A DNA stretch of 64,000 bases from Candidatus Poribacteria bacterium (GCA_965197475.1 CBDANF010000003.1:2528001-2592000); one strand, 5' to 3'. Numbered from the stretch's first letter, positions 40,675-51,120 are shown. The notes: generated by a model from the letters alone, not told the origin. Program-made: numbers and translations.

Positions 40675-40856
40675 ACTCTTTGTCTTGGGTGAGAACTTTG
40701 TAAGTCCGAATCATGAAATACTTCGATTTCGCGCGGTGACCTCCCACGTTTCCTGACAATACCCAACTCTTTGTCTTGGGTGAGAACTTTGTAAGTCCGA
40801 ATCATGAAATACTTCGATTTCGCGCGGTGACCTCCCACGTTTCCTGACAATACCCA
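40675..40856. repeat. Perfect 91-bp tandem duplication
   Basis: 40675-40765 identical to 40766-40856, includes the last codons and stop of the adjacent gene. Confidence 0.9.
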
Positions 40857-41911
40857 TCTGCATCTATGATATAGTAGAACGGATGCAGCGCAACTGATGG
40901 ACAGATATGCGTCGGGCATACATAAACCTCTTGTCCGATTTGTATAGGGGTATCTTCAGGGATATTTACTGCCCAATGTTCCTCGTGTTGTGTGTCTACC
41001 TCGGCTTCGTCAATATTCAAAATAGTGCCGCGCACGCCATCAGGGTCAGCGGCGATGGCTTTGTGTCCTAAATCAAGCGTGATACGGTTCGGTGTAGGAA
41101 TACTAATGACGCGGCTCAGCAGCAACGCTGCTGGGGTAAAACCGAGGTCGGGATAGTGCGTAGCGTAACCGTAGTCATGAAATATAAACGTGCCTGGTGA
41201 TGCTTCCACACCTGATGTTTCGGCATAGATAGGAAATGTCGGCGTGCCGCCCATCACAATCAACGGCACGGGGAGACCTTTAGCAGAAAGCATGTCTTGC
41301 ATCTCTTTAACTTGAATGAGGCTTTGATTGCAAGCGTATCGGCGTGCTGCAATACCTTCATCATGAATATGTCCATCGTATACATGCAGACCCCAAGGTT
41401 GTAAACCATCTGATTGATCAATAGATTCGTAGATTTCCACAGCACCATCACTGACAGGTGCCCCGGTCCGATGCATTCCCACATCAAGGTCAAGCATCAC
41501 TTTAACGTTTAAACCGAGTTTTGCCGTAGCGGCAGAGAGGGCCGTCACCGCATCTTTATGGTCAACGATTATCTTGAAATCGGCATTTGGATACCATTGC
41601 TGTAGTGCCAGAAACCGATTGATATTTGGACCCACCATTTGGTATGCGATTAAAATATCTTCTATACCGTTTTGTGCGAGCATTTCTGCTTCTCGCAGCG
41701 TGGCGCATTTGTGTTTGAGGATACCCGCTTCACGTTCCATTTCAATTACCTGCGCTGTTTTGTGTGTTTTCGCATGGGGTCTAAGTTTTGAGACATCGCC
41801 ATCAACAATAGTGATAGCGTGCGCAATGTTCTTCCTAACTAGTTCAAGATAGACAACTAATGCAGGACTCGGTATTTTTTCAACGTTCTGTATACGATAT
41901 TTCTGATCCAT
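40802..41911 (-). CDS. D-threonine aldolase-like / DSD1 PLP-dependent enzyme
   Basis: LRPHAKTHK, DVGMHRTG, GGTPT, DLGHKA, EEH, PTHICP. Confidence 0.88.
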   Translation of the reverse strand: MDQKYRIQNVEKIPSPALVVYLELVRKNIAHAITIVDGDVSKLRPHAKTHKTAQVIEMEREAGILKHKCATLREAEMLAQNGIEDILIAYQMVGPNINRFLALQQWYPNADFKIIVDHKDAVTALSAATAKLGLNVKVMLDLDVGMHRTGAPVSDGAVEIYESIDQSDGLQPWGLHVYDGHIHDEGIAARRYACNQSLIQVKEMQDMLSAKGLPVPLIVMGGTPTFPIYAETSGVEASPGTFIFHDYGYATHYPDLGFTPAALLLSRVISIPTPNRITLDLGHKAIAADPDGVRGTILNIDEAEVDTQHEEHWAVNIPEDTPIQIGQEVYVCPTHICPSVALHPFYYIIDADGYCQETWEVTARNRSIS

Positions 41912-41942
41912 TTTAGTACCTCTCCATAGGTTTCTTTTCCTA

Positions 41943-42557
41943 TTAGCGACCATTAAACCGATTCATTGCCGTAAGAATACCATCTTTGAGATATGTTTCG
42001 ACCACTTCAACCGCACGTTCAATGGTATGCCCTATCTCAATTTCTTCTTCTTTCGAAAATTCTGAGAGCACATAATCCACTAAGTCACCGACAGGTTCAC
42101 CGATGCCGATACGCAAGCGTGGGAACTCATTTGTACCCAGATGATGGATAATAGATTGCATCCCTTTCTGACCGCCGTCACTTCCCTTTTGTCGTATTCG
42201 AATCATACCGATGTCCAAGTGAACATCATCGTAGATAATGCATAGATCAGTAAGTGGAACATCAAACCGATTGACAAGAGGTGCGACAGCTGAACCGCTG
42301 CTGTTCATGTATGTCATTGGCTTGGCAAGGATGATATCTGAGTCGTACAATTTAGTCTGCATGACGAGTGATTTACAGATAGAGATTACGCGCTTGGTAG
42401 CGGCATTTTCAGCACTCTCTGCCGACAGTATTTTATTGTAGAGTGCATCAATCACTCGGAAACCGATATTGTGTTTGGTATGTTCGTATCGAAGCCCTGG
42501 ATTACCGAGTCCGATGATGAGTTTCACGGTTTTCTCCGCTGCGTTCTTACCTGCCAT
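41943..42557 (-). CDS. pth: Peptidyl-tRNA hydrolase
   Basis: GLGNPG..Y..T.HNIGF, KPMTYMNSSG, RLRIGIG. Confidence 0.95.
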   Translation of the reverse strand: MAGKNAAEKTVKLIIGLGNPGLRYEHTKHNIGFRVIDALYNKILSAESAENAATKRVISICKSLVMQTKLYDSDIILAKPMTYMNSSGSAVAPLVNRFDVPLTDLCIIYDDVHLDIGMIRIRQKGSDGGQKGMQSIIHHLGTNEFPRLRIGIGEPVGDLVDYVLSEFSKEEEIEIGHTIERAVEVVETYLKDGILTAMNRFNGR

Positions 42558-42578
42558 TAACTAAGTTGTATTGTGAAC

Positions 42579-43166
42579 TCAAAACCGCAAGGGTTGAGAT
42601 AGGTTTATATGTCCCGCAAGTGTATCCTTCTCTTCACCGTCAATTAGAATCTGGACATGTATAATATCGTCTGGAAAAGCGTCAAAGACAGTTTTAAGAA
42701 TAGCAATAACGGTTAATAATTCAGCAGTTGTTCCACCGATATGTCCGTCAGCCAGGTGTCGTGAAAAATCCAGATATGCGGTCTTTTGACTATCTATGTA
42801 GGCTTCATTTAGTGACGTTCCACGTGGAATTGGATTCCTATAGTTTGGGGGAGTCTCTTTAATTAGTGCGGTAACAATCTGTTTCAGTCGTTCGGTCAGT
42901 TCGGGATAGAGTCGAAGTTCTACTTTAACTGGCGTAATTTCAAGTGATGTTGGATTTAAAATAAATATGTTTACCTGTTGCAGTGGGGGCAATTTATCTG
43001 TAGGATTCGCTATGTCCGGTAGTTTCGGTGGAGCATCTATAATTTTTGGTTGTTTGGAGTGAGAAATTAGCACAAGCGTAATAGCAAGACCGATTACAAT
43101 TGTAACCAAAGTTATGCCCCATATCATAAAGAGTCTTGAGTGTATAATTTTTCGGAAAAAATTCAC
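42579..43166 (-). CDS. GerMN domain protein
   Basis: N-terminal TM; IPRGT.L...AYLDFS...GG.T.E...VQILIDGE...TLAGHI. Confidence 0.85.
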   Translation of the reverse strand: MNFFRKIIHSRLFMIWGITLVTIVIGLAITLVLISHSKQPKIIDAPPKLPDIANPTDKLPPLQQVNIFILNPTSLEITPVKVELRLYPELTERLKQIVTALIKETPPNYRNPIPRGTSLNEAYIDSQKTAYLDFSRHLADGHIGGTTAELLTVIAILKTVFDAFPDDIIHVQILIDGEEKDTLAGHINLSQPLRF

Positions 43167-43258
43167 TGTCTTGCTCCAATCGACTCATTGTGGCTGTGCA
43201 CTTACTGTTAGGCAATGAGATGTCCCATTAGAAAAACTGCGGTTCAGTTTGCGTCCGC

Positions 43259-44410
43259 CTATTCTTTTTCTTGAAATCCGTTAGGATTGGACGATTGATT
43301 CACCGATGTAGAATATAATTGGATGGCGCGGACAATAGCTTGAGCAAGCTCGGCAATATGGTCAGGATTTGAAAGTCGGGTGGCATCATCCATATTAGAG
43401 AGGTAGCCGAGTTCAAATAGAACGGCTGGCATATAGACATCTGTCAAAGCAATTATTGGAAATTCAGAGATAGCAATTGGTTCTTCAGCCAAGAAATTCA
43501 ACTCTTTCTGAAGGACGGCACCAAAATCCCGGCTCTGCTTCAAAAAATTTGCTTGGGTACGAATGTTTAACCTTTTTCTGCCAAATACCGGCATGGGAGC
43601 AGTTCTGGATCGGAGCTGCCCGTTAGGATTATTGATGTATAGTCGCATTCCTCTGTGATTCGGTGAAAACGAAGCATTGCAATGCAGACTAAGAAACAAC
43701 TGTCCTTGATTGCGGTTAGCGGTTTGGAAACGTTGAACGCGCGTTTTTTTGACATTTTGGTCGCGAGTTAGATGGATCGAAAGGCCAAGTTGATTGCTGA
43801 GTATTTTGATTTCTTTAGCAACAGCCAAAACAATATCCTTTTCAAGAAGTCCAATTTGGCTTTTACACCCGAAGTCTTCCTCTCCTCCGTGGCCAGGATC
43901 AAGAATAATTGTCCACTCACGATTATCTTCAGGTGCGTCTGGTGCCCATAAAGTTTTTGGCATTATCCTAATCCGTTGAAGGTTAGGGTTATATAGTACC
44001 TCAACATTATCAAGGTGAGGCAATATCTGCCGAAAAAAATCGATGGGCAACATCGGTTGCCCTTGAATCGTACGAGCTGGCGCAGTGAGCGTGAAAGTCT
44101 GATTTCCGGGATCTATATTGACTGTGGTATTACCCATTCGCAATTGGATTTCCTTACCTTTGGTTTTCAAGGTAAGCTGTTTCCTTGGGCGATGGTACTG
44201 GTGGGTCATCTCCGAATCAAAGACATTTTTGAGAGTTTCTACAGGAAAGTAAACTATTTTTTGATGAAGTGTGAATTCAACTTCGGCGAGCGTTTCACCG
44301 TCCCCATCAACAAAACGCACGATAGGTGCTTGGGCAATACCGTGCGTTGCGGAGACTAATATGACAATGAATAGGAAGAGGAATAAGGACTCAAATGGGC
44401 GTAACCACAT
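43259..44410 (-). CDS. N-acetylmuramoyl-L-alanine amidase (Amidase_3)
   Basis: ILDPGHGG, LEKD, SLHCNA, PAVLFELGYLSN. Confidence 0.9.
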   Translation of the reverse strand: MWLRPFESLFLFLFIVILVSATHGIAQAPIVRFVDGDGETLAEVEFTLHQKIVYFPVETLKNVFDSEMTHQYHRPRKQLTLKTKGKEIQLRMGNTTVNIDPGNQTFTLTAPARTIQGQPMLPIDFFRQILPHLDNVEVLYNPNLQRIRIMPKTLWAPDAPEDNREWTIILDPGHGGEEDFGCKSQIGLLEKDIVLAVAKEIKILSNQLGLSIHLTRDQNVKKTRVQRFQTANRNQGQLFLSLHCNASFSPNHRGMRLYINNPNGQLRSRTAPMPVFGRKRLNIRTQANFLKQSRDFGAVLQKELNFLAEEPIAISEFPIIALTDVYMPAVLFELGYLSNMDDATRLSNPDHIAELAQAIVRAIQLYSTSVNQSSNPNGFQEKE

Positions 44411-44417
44411 GATAAAG

Positions 44418-45134
44418 TTATTCCGCGCCTTGGTCGTTACCACGTCTACGTGAAATTAACTCAGGTTCGGTGCGTTCTTCACCACCGTCTTCAGCGGCAC
44501 CGTCTTCACCTTCCTCGCCATCTTCACCTTCCTCGCCGTCTTCACCTTCCTCAGGTTCTACCACTTCTTCAATTTGGACCCGCGGCTGGCTGACAGAGAC
44601 GATCATTCGCTGGAGTTCATCTAACAGTTCAACCTCATCATCAAGTTCTATGTCACGGACATAGATGATATCACCGACCTCCATGTTGGTCACGTCAACA
44701 GTAATTTCATTGGGCATCACTGAAGGAAGGCAATTCAATGTTAAGTAACGGAGAGGGAATTCAATAACACCACCTTCCTGTGCCCCAACGGGCGTGCCGA
44801 CCAAAACGATTGGCACAGTTGATGTCACAGGTTCATCTAAAGAGACGCGAATAAAATCTGCATGAAGCAAAACCTGCTTCTCTACCGGATCACGTTGGAT
44901 TTCTTTGATAATGACGGGTTCTGAGTTACCATCGGAGACTTCTATATTTACAATGACGTTTTCACCGTATGTCCTAAGGAATTGTTTGAATTCGCGTTCA
45001 TTAACTTGAAGCGAAATTGTATCCTGTTTGCGTCCATATACTACGGCTGGTATACCACCTGCGCGTCGAATTGCCCGCGCGCTCTGCTTACCGAAAGTGT
45101 TTCGTTGTTGAACTTCTAATTTTGCTTGCTGCAT
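44418..45134 (-). CDS. rplY: 50S ribosomal protein L25/Ctc
   Basis: GKQSARAIRR.G.IPAVVYG, KEIQRDP, HADF; acidic tail. Confidence 0.95.
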   Translation of the reverse strand: MQQAKLEVQQRNTFGKQSARAIRRAGGIPAVVYGRKQDTISLQVNEREFKQFLRTYGENVIVNIEVSDGNSEPVIIKEIQRDPVEKQVLLHADFIRVSLDEPVTSTVPIVLVGTPVGAQEGGVIEFPLRYLTLNCLPSVMPNEITVDVTNMEVGDIIYVRDIELDDEVELLDELQRMIVSVSQPRVQIEEVVEPEEGEDGEEGEDGEEGEDGAAEDGGEERTEPELISRRRGNDQGAE

Positions 45135-45164
45135 TTTAATCTTCTAAACCTTTTCTGGAATATA

Positions 45165-45236
45165 CAGGGCGGGTAGGATTCGAACCTACGCATGCAGGTG
45201 CCAAAGACCTGTGCCTTACCGCTTGGCCACCGCCCT
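45165..45236 (-). tRNA. tRNA-Gln(TTG), CCA not encoded
   Basis: Cloverleaf AGGGCGG.../CCGCCCT-G, anticodon arm CAGGT-CTTTGGC-ACCTG, T-arm GTAGG-TTCGAAT-CCTAC. Confidence 0.95.
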
Positions 45237-46130
45237 TCAATTATTATCAACCCACACACCAATAGGATTGGTTTGTGTGGTAGTGCAAAAACTGAGACTG
45301 TTTTTGAAGTGTGATTCACACCGCTTCGCTGTATCGGTGTCTTCCATCAAAGCAAACATCGTAGCACCACTACCGGACATAAGAGCCCCATAACACCCAG
45401 TCTGCGATGATAACTGGGTCTTTAACTCGGCGAATTCGGGATGTTTGGCAAAAACCGGCACCTCAAGAAGGTTGAACAGATTCCCCGCGACACCGATTAG
45501 ATCACCCTTCTCAATACAAATTTTAATAATTATACCTTGTTTAGGTTGTTTTGTCAAGGGAATATTTAAATTTTTGAATACATCCGTAGTTGAAATCGAA
45601 ACGCCGGGGTTGATTAGCACAAGTGGGACATCAGATAACGGGGGTAATGGGGTTAAGATGTCACCTTTGCCAGTGCCAAAAGCTGCGCCGCCGTGCAGGC
45701 AGAATGGCACATCTGCACCTAATTGCGCGCCGATCTCCATTAGCATATTTTTTGACAAACCTAAAGCGAATAGTTCATTTACACCGTATAGAACAGCGGC
45801 TGCGTTTGCACTGCCGCCAGCTAATCCTGATGCGACGGGGATCCGCTTATTTATCTGTATCTTAAGTCCTCCTAACCCGCCAACTATATCACTGAGGGAT
45901 TGCGCTGCACAATAGGCGAGGTTGCGTGAGTCAGATGGCACATCTGGATTGTCACAATAAACTGCAATCCCCTTCTCAGATCGTTCGCGTAAAATAACCT
46001 CATCGTGCAAACCGATCGAATGAAAAACCGTCTCAAGGTTGTGATAGCCATCCTCTCGTTTGCCTACAACATCCAGATAGAGGTTTATTTTCGCGTGGGC
46101 ACGAACCCGTAAAACATTCGTTTTTTTCAT
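45237..46130 (-). CDS. ispE: 4-diphosphocytidyl-2C-methyl-D-erythritol kinase
   Basis: AHAKINLYL..KREDGYHNL, KRIPVASGLAGGSANAA, GADVPF, MSGSG. Confidence 0.96.
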   Translation of the reverse strand: MKKTNVLRVRAHAKINLYLDVVGKREDGYHNLETVFHSIGLHDEVILRERSEKGIAVYCDNPDVPSDSRNLAYCAAQSLSDIVGGLGGLKIQINKRIPVASGLAGGSANAAAVLYGVNELFALGLSKNMLMEIGAQLGADVPFCLHGGAAFGTGKGDILTPLPPLSDVPLVLINPGVSISTTDVFKNLNIPLTKQPKQGIIIKICIEKGDLIGVAGNLFNLLEVPVFAKHPEFAELKTQLSSQTGCYGALMSGSGATMFALMEDTDTAKRCESHFKNSLSFCTTTQTNPIGVWVDNN

Positions 46131-46984
46131 TCTGGAACATCGGTTCCCATAGGTTCAGACAACGGTATAACTTTGATGTCCCCACTCAGAAATGGTTCAA
46201 AATCAAACCTGCTATCCTTAATTTCAACGTTTAGTTGGACTTGTGCCATTTTTACCACAACTCGTGTTTGTTCAAGTGGGCGTTCAATTTCAACCCTATG
46301 AGATCTAAGGATGCCATCAACTTCGCGATAGTCTGAAAAAATGGCACTTTGCTCCAGCAGTCCATCTTTGTCGTTGGTATGCCATTCAGTGACACGCGGT
46401 TCACCCTCTTTCACAAGGATAGTGATAGTTTCTGTGTGTTCCGCTTGAACACCAGGGCGAGTAACAACAAACTTTTCCCCGGCACTTTTGACTTTTAGTT
46501 TCTTGGTGCGCCCGTCAAGGAATGGATTTGCAAAGACAGCACTTAGGACATCTGAAACGCGCAGATCAATACCGAAGATTTTACGCAAGATGCCATCAGA
46601 TAACTCACCTAAGTACGCCTCCTGTTCTTCAAGCAGAACGAGCAGGAATTCATTACCGTTTGCAATCGCGACACCTTTTGGTTCATTAAATCCGCCCAAA
46701 GCTTGTATATGGAGAAGTTCACCACCATCCTCAGATTTCTTATACCAAAGTAATTCACGGAGTTCTTCTGGGTCGCGATCGGCTTCCTGAATGGTGACTA
46801 CCATCTTGCTAGTTTTTAGCGAGTTCGTTAAATCGTATCTTTCCTGTAGCGTTGCTAAATACGGGGTAAATTGCGACATTTCCACGGGAGATACTTCAAT
46901 ACCAGAAGTTTTGACGCTGCAACCTATAATTGTTATCAATACTGAGAGGAACACAGAGAACCCGATAGTCAAATGATTTCTCAT
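46127..46984 (-). CDS. LolA/LolB-fold-like lipoprotein
   Basis: Lipobox IIGC; FSDYREVDG..F C-terminal motif; sits in the lolB position upstream of ispE. Confidence 0.55.
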   Translation of the reverse strand: MRNHLTIGFSVFLSVLITIIGCSVKTSGIEVSPVEMSQFTPYLATLQERYDLTNSLKTSKMVVTIQEADRDPEELRELLWYKKSEDGGELLHIQALGGFNEPKGVAIANGNEFLLVLLEEQEAYLGELSDGILRKIFGIDLRVSDVLSAVFANPFLDGRTKKLKVKSAGEKFVVTRPGVQAEHTETITILVKEGEPRVTEWHTNDKDGLLEQSAIFSDYREVDGILRSHRVEIERPLEQTRVVVKMAQVQLNVEIKDSRFDFEPFLSGDIKVIPLSEPMGTDVPE

Positions 46985-48175
46985 TTAAAAGACCTCTGAC
47001 ATCGATTCCTCAACAATATTCACCGCTTCCTCAACATGACCAGCATTGATATTGAGCGGCGGCAAGAATCGGAGAACATAGTCATTGGTGCAGATAGTCA
47101 CTAACCCGTTTTCAATACATTTAGCTGCGAGCGGTTTCGAATCAACCTCCAGAACGAGACCTCGGAGTAACCCTTTCCCACGGACTTCCTTTATCGGATA
47201 CTTGCCTTTAAGTTCCATTAGACCACCTGCAAGGTAGTTCCCCATTTTTACCGCATTTACAGCAAGATTTTCTTCAAGGATAGTTTTTACGGTTGCTGTG
47301 GCTGCAGCGGTGGACAAGAAATTACCGCCGAATGTCGCTGCGTGCGTGCCCGGTACAAAACTTTCGGCTACGTTTCGTTTGGCTAACATCGCTCCGATAG
47401 GCACACCGCTACCGAGTGCCTTTGCCATCGTAATTACATCCGGCACAACACCGTAGCTCTGATATCCGAAAAATGTTCCTAATCTGCCCATTGCTGTTTG
47501 CACTTCGTCAAAGATCAGCAGCAGATTATGCTTATCGCAAAGTTCTCGCAATCCTTGTAGGTAGCCATCACTTGGGATATTAACACCGCCTTCTGATTGA
47601 ATCGGCTCAACTAATATAGCACAGGTTTTGGGTCCGATAGCGGATTCAGTCACATCAAGATCATCAAATGGAACGTATTTAAAGCCTTCAAGCATCGGTT
47701 CAAAACCAACGTGATATTTGGTCTGGGCTGTAGCAGTAATAGTCGCCATTGTGCGCCCATGAAACGAATTGTCCATCGTAATGATTTCATAAGCATCTGT
47801 TCTACCGCTGTCTTTCGTCCATTTCCGCGCCAATTTAATGGCGGCTTCATTTGCTTCAGCCCCGCTATTACAGAAGAAACACTGGTCCATATCTGAGTTA
47901 TCAATCAGAAGTTTCGCTAATTCTGCCTGCTGTTGAATGTAGTAGAGGTTAGAGGTGTGTAAGATGTTCCCTGCCTGCTCACGAATTGCGGCGACAACTT
48001 TTGGGTGAGCATGTCCTAAGCCGTTGACAGCCAAGCCACCCAAAAAATCGAGGTATTTTTTACCCTCTGCATCCCATAGATAGGGTCCTTCCCCCTTAAC
48101 GAATGCGAGACTTCTATCGCCATAGGTATTAATAATATATTTTGTAGCCATCGCTTTAATTTCAGTGGTTGTCAT
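46985..48175 (-). CDS. argD: Acetylornithine aminotransferase
   Basis: NSGAEANEAAIKLAR, SFHGRT, DEVQT, AKALG.G.PIGA, H.ATFGGN, RFLPPL. Confidence 0.92.
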   Translation of the reverse strand: MTTTEIKAMATKYIINTYGDRSLAFVKGEGPYLWDAEGKKYLDFLGGLAVNGLGHAHPKVVAAIREQAGNILHTSNLYYIQQQAELAKLLIDNSDMDQCFFCNSGAEANEAAIKLARKWTKDSGRTDAYEIITMDNSFHGRTMATITATAQTKYHVGFEPMLEGFKYVPFDDLDVTESAIGPKTCAILVEPIQSEGGVNIPSDGYLQGLRELCDKHNLLLIFDEVQTAMGRLGTFFGYQSYGVVPDVITMAKALGSGVPIGAMLAKRNVAESFVPGTHAATFGGNFLSTAAATATVKTILEENLAVNAVKMGNYLAGGLMELKGKYPIKEVRGKGLLRGLVLEVDSKPLAAKCIENGLVTICTNDYVLRFLPPLNINAGHVEEAVNIVEESMSEVF

Positions 48176-48268
48176 AAGTGTTTCTCCTTGTGTACTTCAG
48201 ATAGGCATGGTTTGAAACGACACCTAAATCTATAATTATAAATGTTTAAATTTACGAGGTCTTGCTGC

Positions 48269-48856
48269 CTAATTCAGGCAAGAGTTGTTTTTCGCATCAA
48301 TACCATAGATAAGGACAGGGATATCAATGTCTGCAACGCCACGTGTCTGTAAATCCCGTACGAACTGCTCAAAATACGAAACGCCGGTAGACATCTCATC
48401 AGCAAAAGATTTTATAGGAACAATTTCAATGCCCGCATCAATGTAGCCTAAGTTGTGGAAAATGGTCATTTTCGCGCACACGTTGTAAACCATAAACGCG
48501 TATTTTCCGAACTGTACCTCTACCCCAAGTCCCTCTTTTAGAAAATCTATTTCTCTGTATGCAGATTGACGCATAGGTTTTGGTGAATATCCAGGTCGAT
48601 AGTAGTCTGTCGGATAGTCACATTTTACACGTTCCTTCTGCCATCTTCTGGATTCAAAGCCCTCGGCAAAAGCACGATTAAGGACTTTAGGGCTGTACAA
48701 CATTTTGCCTGCCATTGTGATTTCCTCGCTTGTTTTAGTTTTGCACTGCAAGGCATCAACATTAGCAATGATGTCTTCTACTTCTTGTAACAGATGGGTG
48801 TGTCTCTTTCTTATGGAATCCCCGCCATTGAAGGAATACTCGGCAGCAATAATCAT
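48269..48856 (-). CDS. BglII/BstYI-family type II restriction endonuclease
   Basis: REIDFLK..GVEVQFGKY catalytic motif; coupled to methyltransferase. Confidence 0.85.
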   Translation of the reverse strand: MIIAAEYSFNGGDSIRKRHTHLLQEVEDIIANVDALQCKTKTSEEITMAGKMLYSPKVLNRAFAEGFESRRWQKERVKCDYPTDYYRPGYSPKPMRQSAYREIDFLKEGLGVEVQFGKYAFMVYNVCAKMTIFHNLGYIDAGIEIVPIKSFADEMSTGVSYFEQFVRDLQTRGVADIDIPVLIYGIDAKNNSCLN

Positions 48857-49818
48857 GATCCCCTATTCCATTCCAAAGGCAATTGGACAACACGTTCTTT
48901 TCCTGACGGTTCATGGATTGGTTTACCGAGAGGGCGAAGCGGTAATTCACCATCTGCAAACTTTTGTATCCGTTCACGCGTAATCTCAATGTAACTTGAA
49001 TCGAGTTCCGCTGCAATTGCTTTACGGTTGTGCTGCAAGGCGGCGATGATCGTTGACCCGACACCACAATACGGGTCAAAAACGACTCCATCAGGTTGCG
49101 TGAGTGCCAACACACATCGCTGAACTAATTCCACAGGAAACTGGCACGGATGTTCGGTTTTCTCTGGATGATTCGCTTTTACATTTGGAATATCCCACAC
49201 GCCATCTTCCCAATCATGTGTCACTACATCCCAAATATCAGATGGATTTTTACCAAGCGGATTGCCCGAAAGTTGTCCCTGCTTTGGCCCTTTGAAATGT
49301 CGCTTTCCCGGATATTTTGCAGGAACACGCACAGGGTCGAGATTAAAAATATAGTCGTCACTTTTGGAAAACCACAAGATAACCTCATAACGACCCGAAA
49401 ATCGTTTTGTGCAGTGCAAGCCGTGATTAAACCGCCAGATAATCCGATTCCGTAGTTTTAAACCGAACCGTTTGAAAATCTCATAAAAGTAGATATCAAG
49501 TGGAAATATCTCGCCCTTCTCAACATAATTGCCTACCTGCCAACAGAGGTTTCCGGTATCGGCAAGCACCCGAACGAGTTCTATTATTGCAGGTTCCTGA
49601 TTTTTAAGATATGCCGGTAAAGACATCTTTTTCTCATATTTTTTGCCTACATTGTATGGTGGGGAAGTAATGACCAAGTCTACCGAACTTGACGGAATGT
49701 CCTTTAGCAGATCGCTACAATTCCCATCAAAGAGAACAACGTCCGCGCTGGTGTTGTATATGTCTGAAATTGATATCCGACGTTTTGAAAAGTCATAAGT
49801 CTCTTTTATTTCACTCAT
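48853..49818 (-). CDS. Site-specific DNA methyltransferase (beta class, likely N4-cytosine)
   Basis: TSPPYN before DPYCGVGST; HPCQFP. Confidence 0.92.
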   Translation of the reverse strand: MSEIKETYDFSKRRISISDIYNTSADVVLFDGNCSDLLKDIPSSSVDLVITSPPYNVGKKYEKKMSLPAYLKNQEPAIIELVRVLADTGNLCWQVGNYVEKGEIFPLDIYFYEIFKRFGLKLRNRIIWRFNHGLHCTKRFSGRYEVILWFSKSDDYIFNLDPVRVPAKYPGKRHFKGPKQGQLSGNPLGKNPSDIWDVVTHDWEDGVWDIPNVKANHPEKTEHPCQFPVELVQRCVLALTQPDGVVFDPYCGVGSTIIAALQHNRKAIAAELDSSYIEITRERIQKFADGELPLRPLGKPIHEPSGKERVVQLPLEWNRGS

Positions 49819-49916
49819 CCTGCATCTCCCTTCCACGCAGCACGGAAATTCACGCCACAAGCAATTTTCGATTGTAGGGTGTAAATTCTATATTTTGTAA
49901 ACACAATCTAAAATTC

Positions 49917-51050
49917 TTACCAGTTTGTATAAGAACCATCATCGCGTTGGAAGCCGTGGGGTGGTCCGTATTCTTGTGTTGACACGTTGGTAAGTGCGTC
50001 CTCGTTGAATTCAATGCCGAGACCGGGGGATTCAGGCGGTAAAAGGTAACCTGATTCAAACGGGACCTGTACCGGAAAAACATCGGTCAAGGAAGACATC
50101 GGGGCACGCGGAAGTTCCTGCACGCCGACAAGCGATGATGCTAAACAAAGGTGTAGACATGCTGCTGTGGAAACCGGTCCGAGCGGGTTGTGCGGTGCTA
50201 AATGGATATAATGTGTTTCACACCAACCAGCAATTTTACGCGCCTCTGTCAATCCACCAGCAATGCATAGGTCAACCCTGCAGTAATCTATCAAGTCTTC
50301 TTCAATGACTTCGCGGAAGCTCCATTTGCTATCAAATTGTTCACCCACAGCAATGGGGACGGAGGTTTGTTGACGTAATCGTCTGAGACTTGCAGGGTTT
50401 TCACTTCGTAGCGGGTCTTCAATGAAAAATGGATTGTAGGGTTCAACTTTGTTGCAAAATTCAATGCTATCCGCTGGATCAAGACGGGTATGTACATCAA
50501 CAAGGATTTCAACGTTGTCTCCTAATGCTTCGCGAACAGCTTGCACCTGTTCCAATCCGAACTGAATAGCACGTCTCGGTTTAAACGTTCCAGTACCAGC
50601 ACCATCTGCCAAACCCCATCGGACAAATTTCCACCCCGCTTCGTGAGTTTGCCGACAACTCTCAACGAGGGCATCAATAGTACCGCCACCGTTATGTGGA
50701 TAACAGGCAACCTTATCTCTCGTGCGTCCGCCTAACAATTCATAGACGGGAACGTTCAGTGCTTTTCCCTTGATGTCCCACAATGCAATATCTACAGCAC
50801 TGACTGCAGCGGATTGAACGACACCGCCAGGGAAAAATCCGCCACGGAACATGACTTGCCACAGATGCTCAATCTGGAACGGATTAGCACCGATGAGGAA
50901 AGGTTTGAACGACCGTACAACTTCAGACAAGGCAAGAGCGCGCCGTCTTAAGCCTCCTTCGCCAACGCCGAATATACCCGCATCGGTTTCAACCTTGACA
51001 AAGAAATGTCCTGATGATGAAACAAACGATTTGATGTTGGTGATTTTCAT
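49917..51050 (-). CDS. Mandelate racemase / galactonate dehydratase-like enolase
   Basis: DIALWDIKGK, VDVH, FIEDP, AVGE, APHNP.GP. Confidence 0.9.
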   Translation of the reverse strand: MKITNIKSFVSSSGHFFVKVETDAGIFGVGEGGLRRRALALSEVVRSFKPFLIGANPFQIEHLWQVMFRGGFFPGGVVQSAAVSAVDIALWDIKGKALNVPVYELLGGRTRDKVACYPHNGGGTIDALVESCRQTHEAGWKFVRWGLADGAGTGTFKPRRAIQFGLEQVQAVREALGDNVEILVDVHTRLDPADSIEFCNKVEPYNPFFIEDPLRSENPASLRRLRQQTSVPIAVGEQFDSKWSFREVIEEDLIDYCRVDLCIAGGLTEARKIAGWCETHYIHLAPHNPLGPVSTAACLHLCLASSLVGVQELPRAPMSSLTDVFPVQVPFESGYLLPPESPGLGIEFNEDALTNVSTQEYGPPHGFQRDDGSYTNW

Positions 51051-51120
51051 AAATTTACTATTATGTGTAGAATAAACGATACGAGGAATGAATTTTATCC
51101 TCAGAAAGATGTATAGCAGT

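Noticed and set aside
44485-44555. GAAGGCGAGGAAGGT-type short repeats
   Set aside because: Encode the ordinary acidic tail of L25/Ctc
45165-45236. tRNA as an integration site
   Set aside because: No duplicated tRNA 3' end or integrase seen; flanked by core genes
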